Shown here one piece after another: positions 1-6,866 of a stretch of DNA of 27,781 nt. Position numbers and translations under genes: made by a program. The DNA lies in IMG/VR virus record IMGVR_UViG_3300038530_001398, positions 1 through 27,781 of that record; one strand, 5' to 3'. The DNA comes from a virus (lineage: Duplodnaviria; Caudoviricetes). Below the pieces are notes generated by a model. It did no database searches, was not told the origin of the DNA, and saw only the letters and a list, made by a program, of their open reading frames with translations. The number at the start of each line of letters is the position of its first letter. Position 1 is the first letter of the stretch.

Positions 1-103
1 TTATATATCCTTATGGGTATCAGAAAAAAGGCTCAACAGTAAACATGATTGGATGGGGCGACTACAAAGAGGAGAAACACTTACAAGAAAGAATATGTTT
101 TAG

Positions 104-238
104 ATGATAGATCTAAAAGATATTGCAGATAAAGAACTTATACCATGCAAAGATTGTAGTGGTATATCAGTAATAATATGTACATTCAAAGATTCAAACA
201 TACAGTTTGGACTTTGTGCCGAATGTGCAGCAAGTTAA
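104..238 (+). CDS. Small zinc-finger protein, 44 aa (not in ORF track)
   Basis: Hand translation MIDLKDIADKELIPCKDCSGISVIICTFKDSNIQFGLCAECAAS* has two CxxC pairs. The ATG abuts upstream stops and the TAA overlaps the SD of the next gene. Confidence 0.65.
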   Translation: MIDLKDIADKELIPCKDCSGISVIICTFKDSNIQFGLCAECAAS

Positions 239-248
239 GGAGGTTGAA

Positions 249-854
249 ATGGCAGCAAAATTCTTAGAAGATTACATCAAAGTTGATGATCTAATTAAGA
301 AACTAAACAAAGATAATCCAAGTGCAAGACTTGTTACAGAGTTAGAAACTATGGTTGGAGATATTGTTATCTTCAAAGCAAGTTTGTATCTGGATGATTC
401 TGATGTTGTGAAATGTACCGGGTATGGTGCAGAGAACATAAACAGGGAGAAAAAACTAGAAAAGGCTGAATCGGTAGCTCGTGGGCGTTGTTTGCGTGTT
501 TACTTCGGTGCAGAGCCTACACAGGAGGAAATGGAGGATATTGCTAGAAATAAGGCAACTACGCCTAAAAAGGGCTCTAAATCCACATTAGATACCAAAG
601 TAGAGGCACTTGTTGATGATGGATTGGTTGAAGATCTATCCCAGAAACAACAAAGCATTATTAATAATGTAAAGAACTTTTCTATGGATATTACAAACAA
701 AAACGAGTACAACGCAAAATCTTTTTATGCTCAAGCTCTTGGAGAGATGGGTATGAAAGAAAATGAACTATCTGTAAATAATATGGATTCTGTGAAGAAT
801 AAAATACAGGATTTAGTAACATTATCTCAAATTGAAAATGATAAGGGAGAGTGA
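249..854 (+). CDS. Putative Rad52/Sak-like single-strand annealing (recombination) protein
   Basis: DYIKVDDLIKKL...FKASLY...TGYGAE...LEKAESVARGRCL resembles phage Rad52-fold annealing proteins. AGGAGG at 238-243 favours ATG 249 over TTG 207. Confidence 0.6.
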   Translation: MAAKFLEDYIKVDDLIKKLNKDNPSARLVTELETMVGDIVIFKASLYLDDSDVVKCTGYGAENINREKKLEKAESVARGRCLRVYFGAEPTQEEMEDIARNKATTPKKGSKSTLDTKVEALVDDGLVEDLSQKQQSIINNVKNFSMDITNKNEYNAKSFYAQALGEMGMKENELSVNNMDSVKNKIQDLVTLSQIENDKGE

Positions 855-1267
855 TGTCTTGGATACAGGTAGATATATCTTTTTTGCGAAATCCTAAATT
901 GATTCAGTTTGCAAAAGCCAATGGGCTTTCACAGATGGAGGCAATAGGATCACTCGTAAAACTTTGGGCATATTCTTTTGAGTTTGGAAAAAAGCCCGGC
1001 TATATTCCCCATCCTGAACTACTGAAAAACGAAGTTTGGGATGGTGTGGATCTACTTGAGCAAATGGTAGATGCAGGATTTGTTGATAAAAAAAAGTCTG
1101 GATATTTTGTACATGATTGGCAAGATAAGTATTCACAACTAGATAAATATAGAAAGATGAATGCAGCTAGACAGAAAGCATATCGGCAAAGAAAAGCAGA
1201 AGAAGAATCTCAAAAGAAATACAAAAAGTTAATGAAAGACTTACATGGGCATGACATTGTTGAGTAA
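851..1267 (+). CDS. Phage replication initiator / replisome organizer, N-terminal domain
   Basis: WIQVD...NPKL...AIGSLVKLW...GYFVHDWQD...NAARQKAYRQRK is typical of phage initiator N-termini. Followed by iteron-like repeats. Confidence 0.65.
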   Translation: MMSWIQVDISFLRNPKLIQFAKANGLSQMEAIGSLVKLWAYSFEFGKKPGYIPHPELLKNEVWDGVDLLEQMVDAGFVDKKKSGYFVHDWQDKYSQLDKYRKMNAARQKAYRQRKAEEESQKKYKKLMKDLHGHDIVE

Positions 1268-1350
1268 TGTTAGCGTTGCGTTACTGTTACATAACTGTAA
1301 CAAACATGTGATGATACAGAGTAGAGTAGAGTAGAGAAGAGTAAAGAAGA
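1268..1350. repeat. Origin-like tract: GTTAC/GTAAC motifs, perfect inverted repeat TGTTACA-N4-TGTAACA, AGAGT pentamer array
   Basis: Inverted repeat at 1285-1302; AGAGT x3, AGAGA, AGAGT at 1318-1342; AT-rich flank to the right. Confidence 0.6.
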
Positions 1351-1371
1351 TAATATATAAAAATAAGGAGG

Positions 1372-1629
1372 TTGAAACTGTTTAGATATAACAATAAATT
1401 AACAGATTTACAGAAAGTTAGATCAGTCTTAGAACTTGAGGGCGAGATTTGCTCTTTAGATCCAAATGTTAAAAGAGTAAGGCAGCAGATCTATGTTCTT
1501 ACTAAAAATGAACATTTGGATATTTGGAAAGAGGATTGTGATTGTCAAGATGGTATGACAAGAGCAACACTCAATCGTGATGGTACACCTAGAAAACATA
1601 AAAGATATTTTTTGGAGTGGGCATTATGA
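1372..1629 (+). CDS. Small winged-HTH-like protein with Cys/His residues
   Basis: TDLQKVRSVL...ICS...RQQIYVL...DI...CDC...HKRYFL. AGGAGG directly abuts TTG 1372, so the in-frame CTG at 1378 is an alternative start. Confidence 0.5.
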   Translation: MKLFRYNNKLTDLQKVRSVLELEGEICSLDPNVKRVRQQIYVLTKNEHLDIWKEDCDCQDGMTRATLNRDGTPRKHKRYFLEWAL

Positions 1630-1787
1630 AACCAAAAAAACACAAAATGATTCTTGTACTAGAAAGATCATATCTTGCAAAAGATGTAGTTCAAGCGTAT
1701 AAAATGTTCAATGAGGATAAAAAATATATTCATCCAAATTGGAAAGTAAAGAGTGAGATGTTTGTAAAAAAACAAGAAGAAGAATGA
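1626..1787 (+). CDS. Hypothetical protein, 53 aa (not in ORF track)
   Basis: MKPKKHKMILVLERSYLAKD...KKQEEE*, with ATGA overlaps at both ends. Confidence 0.65.
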   Translation: MKPKKHKMILVLERSYLAKDVVQAYKMFNEDKKYIHPNWKVKSEMFVKKQEEE

Positions 1788-1867
1788 TGGATGTTATTTT
1801 TGTATTATTGATTGTTTTAGGTGTAAATTATCTTGCATGGTGGTTGATAAAAAACGATAAAATATGA
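1784..1867 (+). CDS. Single-TM micropeptide, 27 aa (not in ORF track)
   Basis: MMDVIFVLLIVLGVNYLAWWLIKNDKI*, ATGA-coupled to both neighbours. Confidence 0.55.
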   Translation: MMDVIFVLLIVLGVNYLAWWLIKNDKI

Positions 1868-2280
1868 TTGATTTACTTTTATCTTGTTCATTGTTGGCAC
1901 AGTTGAACTTTCATATATACCAGCCCAATGACATACCAACTGTTGTTCAACAATGCGAGATAATAGAGGAAGTGCAGGAGTGGATACCTTTAGTTAGCGA
2001 AATGTTCACAGATGATTCTGCTCTTGCACTTACTATTCTTTTTTGTGAATCATCTGGGTATGCAAATGCAACAGGGTACAATAAAGATGGATCAATAGAT
2101 CAGGGATTGTTTCAATTTAATAATAATACTGAAAAATGGCTTGAGGATGATATTTATAAGAGAGATCTTGATATGTATGATCCATACACAAATGTAAAAG
2201 CTGCTCGGTGGTTGTCTAAATATGATGGTTGGCATCATTGGAATAGTTCTAAACATTGTTGGGGGAGATATGACAGATAG
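1864..2280 (+). CDS. Secreted lysozyme-fold / SLT-type lytic transglycosylase
   Basis: Catalytic-like CESSG, DQGLFQFN, DPYTNVKAARWL and WHHW motifs; hydrophobic N-terminus. Confidence 0.8.
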   Translation: MIDLLLSCSLLAQLNFHIYQPNDIPTVVQQCEIIEEVQEWIPLVSEMFTDDSALALTILFCESSGYANATGYNKDGSIDQGLFQFNNNTEKWLEDDIYKRDLDMYDPYTNVKAARWLSKYDGWHHWNSSKHCWGRYDR

Positions 2281-2518
2281 AGAAACAATAAAAAATATTC
2301 TCTTACGAAATGAGGATAATTGGGTATGTAGCTCTGTTTTCTTGCGAGATCACTTTATAAAAGATTATGCACAAAGAATAAGCGAAATCAAACATGATAA
2401 TTATAATGGATTCAAGATAGAGATACAGGGAAAAAAATGCGATATGCACGACCACAGGTTATTCATGTACAAATTGAGCAGAGAGATGCCTGATTATGAA
2501 CGCAATACCTTATTCTGA
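2270..2518 (+). CDS. Small winged-HTH-like protein with Cys/His residues
   Basis: MTDRETIKNIL...WVCS...YAQRISEI...EI...CDMHDH...YKL. GGGGGAG just upstream favours ATG 2270. Confidence 0.55.
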   Translation: MTDRETIKNILLRNEDNWVCSSVFLRDHFIKDYAQRISEIKHDNYNGFKIEIQGKKCDMHDHRLFMYKLSREMPDYERNTLF

Positions 2519-2921
2519 TGACATAAACAAAGGCTTTGAGATTGTAAAAAAACATCTCAAAGATATTGGATTATGGAACAGAATATACAGTAGATACGAA
2601 ATAGATTCTTTGGCTGAACATCACTTATTCCAGAATCATTATGGTGGAGTTGAGTTTGATGTAAAAATTAAGAATGTTGATTCAAGATGGCACATTGTTT
2701 ATACATACAAAGATTTATTTAATGTACTTACAGAAACAGAAAACAGTAATCAAATCCTTTGGGATCTAGCTTATGATGATCTAGTTGCTTTATTGTATGC
2801 TGTGGTAGTAGAACTGAAAAAAGAAGAAGATAGATTGCTTGGTAAAGCGATCAGAGAATCTGAATACAGGAAAGCTGCAAAGCGAATGCACTACTACAAT
2901 GATGGCAACTTTCCAATTTAA
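2496..2921 (+). CDS. Hypothetical protein
   Basis: 141-aa ORF overlapping its neighbours; no recognisable motif. Confidence 0.7.
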   Translation: MNAIPYSDDINKGFEIVKKHLKDIGLWNRIYSRYEIDSLAEHHLFQNHYGGVEFDVKIKNVDSRWHIVYTYKDLFNVLTETENSNQILWDLAYDDLVALLYAVVVELKKEEDRLLGKAIRESEYRKAAKRMHYYNDGNFPI

Positions 2922-3117
2922 AAAGCATCAAGAAGTAAGATTTGTTGAGCCCGGTACAGATTTCTTAATGCCAGAAACACAAGATATTATTTGGCGATAT
3001 GGAAAAATTTTATTCAAGATAAATAAGAAGTATGGTGCAACAAGTTACATGATTGAAGAGCACATAAACAAAAACAAACTCAAGATTTCAGAATATCTTG
3101 TCTTTGAAGTACATTAG
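2899..3117 (+). CDS. Hypothetical small protein, possibly SH3-like beta-barrel
   Basis: FKKHQEVRF...YGKI...SYMIE...KISEYLV pattern. ATG 2899/2902 preferred over TTG 2839. Confidence 0.55.
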   Translation: MMATFQFKKHQEVRFVEPGTDFLMPETQDIIWRYGKILFKINKKYGATSYMIEEHINKNKLKISEYLVFEVH

Positions 3118-3124
3118 AAATATG
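3110..3124 (+). promoter_or_regulatory. Putative leaderless promoter (-10 TACATT, 6 nt, ATG)
   Basis: TACATT 3110-3115, ATG 3122, no SD. Same geometry at 6354 and 27106. Confidence 0.4.
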
Positions 3125-3307
3125 CTAGAAAATAATGGAATGACAACGAAAGAAATGATTATGCTTGTGATTCAGGGGCAGCGTGAGATCAATCAGCGTA
3201 TTGATGAATTACACGAAAAAACGAATAGTAAAGTTTCTAAAACAGAGTTTTTCAGTTACATGGGCGTAATCATATCATTTGCTGTTCTTCTTAGGTCAAT
3301 GATGTGA
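3122..3307 (+). CDS. Small coiled-coil protein with C-terminal TM helix
   Basis: GQREINQRIDELHEK helix followed by FFSYMGVIISFAVLL. Confidence 0.7.
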   Translation: MLENNGMTTKEMIMLVIQGQREINQRIDELHEKTNSKVSKTEFFSYMGVIISFAVLLRSMM

Positions 3308-3318
3308 TGGAGGATAAT

Positions 3319-3357
3319 ATGGACTGTTGTGGGCAGGGCTGTTGTTCTGGTGGATAA
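3319..3357 (+). CDS. Tetracysteine micropeptide MDCCGQGCCSGG
   Basis: GGAGG at 3309-3313, ATG 3319; an in-frame ATG at 3307 overlaps the upstream stop. Four Cys in 12 aa. Confidence 0.45.
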   Translation: MDCCGQGCCSGG

Positions 3358-3366
3358 AGATGGAGA

Positions 3367-5535
3367 GTAAAACTCATAAATAAACTTGCAAGAATTGTAT
3401 TTGCATTATTTTTAATATTTCCCACACCTGTAATAGCAGAAGAAGATAATACAACAACTACAACTACTACTACCACTACAACAACAACTACGATACCGGG
3501 AGAAGTAGAAGAGATAGAAACATTTGATGGTACAACAACTACCACAACTACAACTATTCCTGATGAATCAGTTGAAACAACTACAACTACTACAACTACT
3601 ACAACTACAACGATTCCTGATCTATCAACAACTACAACAACTGTTCCTGAAACATGGGAACAATCAACAGATATTGTTTTGCCAGAAGATGAGATAGATA
3701 GTCAGGGAAACGAAATAGAGAACAACATACAGATTGATGACATTCATAGCAATGGTAATTGGTTTTGTTGTGGAATGACAGATTTCCACATGAATTTACA
3801 CTATCAGAGGCATGGGGATAATAGTGAAGATTATACATTTGATCTACCTGATGAGCATGATATTTATGAGGTAGGTTTTCGCATAGGTGCTTTAAATAAT
3901 GATGGAACAGTAACCTATACGCATACTGATGAAACAACTCAAGTAAATGTTTTGGAGGGGCAAAGTAATTCAAATGTGCAAACAATGTTTGAAGATGTTG
4001 TATATAACATTAGAGAAACATTAGAAACATTCATTGATAGTTTTACAATAACCATAAATGATTGGTCTTTATTAGATGATATAAGTTTCAAGTATGTAAC
4101 AACTACTACCACAACTACTACTACAACCACTACAACAATTTATATTCCTCCACCACCAGATCCAGAGCCAGAGCCAGAGCCAGAGCCTGAAGTTTTTGTA
4201 GTAATATTAGATTCAGGAGAAGAGGCTGAATATCAGAAACACGAAATAGAAGATGGAACTGTGGAAAGAGATAATCAGCGAGATCAAAATTTTCTTGAAA
4301 CAGGAATTAGGGAAACAGATGCACAAAGAGAAAGAAGAGAGGCAGAAGAGGGCATAGACAATGAAGAGGAAATTGAAATCGGAGATGAATTTTTTGAGGG
4401 AGATGATGAAATATCTATCATTCCAGATGAAGATGAAATGGAAAGAGATGTCAAAAGGCTTGAATATACAGAAGAGATTGAAATATTTACTTTTGAAGAT
4501 GAAGAGGAAATTGAAGAGTTCATTGATACCATCATTGAAGTTGAAGAGTTTTTGGAAGATTTTGAAGAGGTAGAGATAATTATTATTGAAGATTTGGAAG
4601 ATTTAGACATAAATTTAGAGCTTGAAGATATACAGATCCCGGAAAAAGAAGAAAAGTTTGATGATTGGGATACAGAGTTTGAAGAGATAGAAGAAGAATT
4701 TATTGAGGAAGAAATCATTGAAGATATAGAAGAAGAGATACTTGAAGAGATTTTGCCTGAAGAAATAACAAAAGAAGAATATGAAGAAATCAAAGATAAG
4801 GAAAAAGAAGATCTAACACTTGAGGAAGAGATTATCTTAGTTGAGGTTGTTGAGGAAATCATAGAAGAAGTTGTAGATGTTGAGGAATTAGAAACAGTTT
4901 TTGAGGAAAATGATATTGAAATACTTGAGCAGGAGGAGTTAGATAATCTTAGTGAAGAAGAACAGATTATCTATGAAGAAGAGCTAGAAGAGGTTGTAGA
5001 GGAGTTTGTTGAGTCTTTGACTGTGGAAGAATTAACAACAGTTGTTGAACAAGTAGCAGAAGTTTCGGTTGAGAGTCTTGAAGTAGCAGATACACAAACA
5101 CAAAAGATAGTTCAAGCAGTTGTTACAGAGGTTGTTAGCACAGAAGTTATTGAAGATTTAACAGAAAAAGAAGTACAAAGCGTTGCAGAGGTTTTAAATG
5201 TTGAGGCAGAAGATGTAGAGATCTATGCAGAATTAGTTGAAACAGATGAGGTTGTAAAACAAGCAGTTGAGGAATATGTTGAGAGAGCAATAGAAAATGC
5301 AGAAAGCTCTTTGCAGCCTTACAATTTAGCTGATGTTCAGAGTGAGCTTAGGGCAGAACAGCTATTATCAGATCCTATTGGAACTTTGCTTGATGTTGAT
5401 TTAACAGAGATAAGTTTTGCAGAGATAACTTCCATGCCTGAATCACAAAAACAAAAATCCCAAGAAGTTTTGATCCCGGTAGTTTTAACAAGAATAGCAA
5501 GTATGTTTAGTATGGTAACGAGGAGAATAGGATGA
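3367..5535 (+). CDS. Large secreted Thr-rich, extremely acidic surface protein (about 720 aa; exact start uncertain)
   Basis: The frame of track ORF 3679..5535 is open from 3358 and encodes a Sec-type signal (KLINKLARIVFALFLIFPTPVIA|EED), TTTTTIP runs, a globular domain, a PEPE linker, an E/D-rich helical region and a hydrophobic C-terminal tail. Confidence 0.75.
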   Translation, partial: VKLINKLARIVFALFLIFPTPVIAEEDNTTTTTTTTTTTTTTIPGEVEEIETFDGTTTTTTTTIPDESVETTTTTTTTTTTTIPDLSTTTTTVPETWEQSTDIVLPEDEIDSQGNEIENNIQIDDIHSNGNWFCCGMTDFHMNLHYQRHGDNSEDYTFDLPDEHDIYEVGFRIGALNNDGTVTYTHTDETTQVNVLEGQSNSNVQTMFEDVVYNIRETLETFIDSFTITINDWSLLDDISFKYVTTTTTTTTTTTTTIYIPPPPDPEPEPEPEPEVFVVILDSGEEAEYQKHEIEDGTVERDNQRDQNFLETGIRETDAQRERREAEEGIDNEEEIEIGDEFFEGDDEISIIPDEDEMERDVKRLEYTEEIEIFTFEDEEEIEEFIDTIIEVEEFLEDFEEVEIIIIEDLEDLDINLELEDIQIPEKEEKFDDWDTEFEEIEEEFIEEEIIEDIEEEILEEILPEEITKEEYEEIKDKEKEDLTLEEEIILVEVVEEIIEEVVDVEELETVFEENDIEILEQEELDNLSEEEQIIYEEELEEVVEEFVESLTVEELTTVVEQVAEVSVESLEVADTQTQKIVQAVVTEVVSTEVIEDLTEKEVQSVAEVLNVEAEDVEIYAELVETDEVVKQAVEEYVERAIENAESSLQPYNLADVQSELRAEQLLSDPIGTLLDVDLTEISFAEITSMPESQKQKSQEVLIPVVLTRIASMFSMVTRRIG
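3451..3645 (+). repeat. ACN codon runs encoding poly-Thr tracts ending in IP/VP
   Basis: Four Thr runs here; another at about 4099-4137, followed by (CCAGAG)x4 at 4162-4185. Confidence 0.9.
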
Positions 5536-5720
5536 TAGAAAAGATATGGAAATGGTTAGTTGAGGCGATTAGGGAAACATTAGCTTTGAGCTGGACAATC
5601 TTGGGGCTTGTGATTTCTTATTTGACACTTTCCGGAAAAGCTGCTGCGATAACAGGCGTAGGGTTGATTATTACACTTACAATATGGCTTTTAACGATCA
5701 GTTTTCGTAAAAATGTGTAA
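5532..5720 (+). CDS. Small two-TM membrane protein (holin-like topology)
   Basis: Amphipathic N-terminus, two hydrophobic helices, basic C-terminus; ATGA-coupled to the acidic protein. Confidence 0.7.
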   Translation: MIEKIWKWLVEAIRETLALSWTILGLVISYLTLSGKAAAITGVGLIITLTIWLLTISFRKNV

Positions 5721-5772
5721 ATGTAATTATATATGCTGTGGATGTGCATTTCATTGTAAATCTTACAAATAG
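5713..5772 (+). CDS. Cys-rich micropeptide MCKCNYICCGCAFHCKSYK
   Basis: 19 aa with six Cys and one His; start overlaps the upstream stop; no SD. Confidence 0.4.
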   Translation: MCKCNYICCGCAFHCKSYK

Positions 5773-5788
5773 ACACAATATATAGTGT
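5773..5788. promoter_or_regulatory. NrdR-box-like palindrome ACACAATATATAGTGT
   Basis: 16/16 match to the NrdR-box consensus acaCwAtATaTwGtgt, in the intergenic gap. Confidence 0.55.
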
Positions 5789-5825
5789 ATTTCTAAAAAA
5801 AATTTATTTTTGACCGCCAAAATCA

Positions 5826-5895
5826 AAAAAGTTCAGACAGAATATATATATAGGCAAAAAAACCGGAAATATATAAAAAGTTCAGAGAGAATATA
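5826..5895 (+). repeat. 21-bp direct repeat AAAAAGTTCAGASAGAATATA, two copies
   Basis: Copies at 5826-5846 and 5875-5895 with one mismatch. Confidence 0.85.
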
Positions 5896-5908
5896 AGTAG
5901 GGGAGAAA

Positions 5909-6310
5909 ATGAAACCAAAGCAATATAAAACACTAAGATCAAACGATATTCATTGGTTTGGAGATAATAATAGTCATAGTGGTAAAACACATATACTAGA
6001 TGAAGTTAGCTTTGAAGATGACTATCATCCATTTTATGTAAAGGCTATCTGTGGCACATCATTTAAAACTAGATATAAAGATTCAGCTCATAATTTAGAC
6101 ACAGAAAGAGGAGTGGGTTGTTTTAAATGTATGATAAAAGCTGGATATGTAAAATATGATTCTCCTGTAAAAATTGAACACGCTGGAGAAAAAGTACAAG
6201 TAGGAAAACTATATGAAGTCTTAATACCTTTTTTATGTTCAAGATTCCACACAGAAACAAAAAAATATAATATAGGAGAAACATATTTTTATCATTTCAA
6301 ATCTGAATAA
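5909..6310 (+). CDS. Hypothetical protein with putative zinc-binding motif (H...CG...CxxC)
   Basis: GKTHI...KAICG...GCFKC; GGGGAG SD. Confidence 0.7.
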   Translation: MKPKQYKTLRSNDIHWFGDNNSHSGKTHILDEVSFEDDYHPFYVKAICGTSFKTRYKDSAHNLDTERGVGCFKCMIKAGYVKYDSPVKIEHAGEKVQVGKLYEVLIPFLCSRFHTETKKYNIGETYFYHFKSE

Positions 6311-6353
6311 AACTTTGCTAAAGAATAATTCATAAGTTTGAATGTAGATAAGT

Positions 6354-6368
6354 TATAGTTATCTTATG
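6354..6368 (+). promoter_or_regulatory. Putative leaderless promoter of the packaging operon (-10 TATAGT, 6 nt, ATG)
   Basis: TATAGT 6354-6359, ATG 6366, no SD. Confidence 0.5.
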
Positions 6369-6866
6369 GATTACATAGATGATATGCACTTAGCATTACC
6401 TCATCAACAACAGGTAGGCGAATCAAACATAGATTTCAAAAGATTTCAATATTATTTAGATATAGGTGCATCAAGAACATACAAGAAAGTTTCGGAAAAC
6501 TTCGGGATTACAGAGAGGCGAATACAACAGATTTCAGCTAAGAATGGATGGAAAGATAGAATATTTGCAATAAATAAAATGCTGAATGAGCAAATAATAT
6601 CAACTGTTTTAGCTCAAGTAGGAGAAACAGCTAGAGATTTATCAGAACAGATCAAGCCTGTTATTTTTAAAATAATAAACGAAATAAACGAAAAGGATCT
6701 AGCAAGTATGAATCCAACAGAACTTAAGGGAATACTTGATGTTTGTTATAAGATACTTGCTCAAATCTATGGCTTTGGTAATCCTCAAGTACAGGTTACA
6801 AATGTTGAATATCCACAGATAAACTTCAAATGGGATTGGGAACAAGATGGCGATCAAGACTATTGA
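6366..6866 (+). CDS. terS: Terminase small subunit (HTH)
   Basis: GES...FQYYLDIG...RTYKKVS...WKDRI HTH pattern; immediately upstream of and overlapping terL. Confidence 0.7.
   Translation: MDYIDDMHLALPHQQQVGESNIDFKRFQYYLDIGASRTYKKVSENFGITERRIQQISAKNGWKDRIFAINKMLNEQIISTVLAQVGETARDLSEQIKPVIFKIINEINEKDLASMNPTELKGILDVCYKILAQIYGFGNPQVQVTNVEYPQINFKWDWEQDGDQDY

Noticed and set aside
1-107. Partial CDS at the left edge
   Set aside because: Two frames are open (stops at 103 and 107) and both couple plausibly to ATG 104; cannot choose between them.
3291-4862. Minus-strand ORFs with poly-Val or Ser/Ile-rich translations (3291..3545, 3939..4130, 4284..4862)
   Set aside because: Antisense shadows of poly-Thr and Glu-rich codons in the real plus-strand gene.
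5826-5895. Mini CRISPR array
   Set aside because: Only two 21-bp non-palindromic A-rich repeats and no cas genes; more like operator or promoter repeats.
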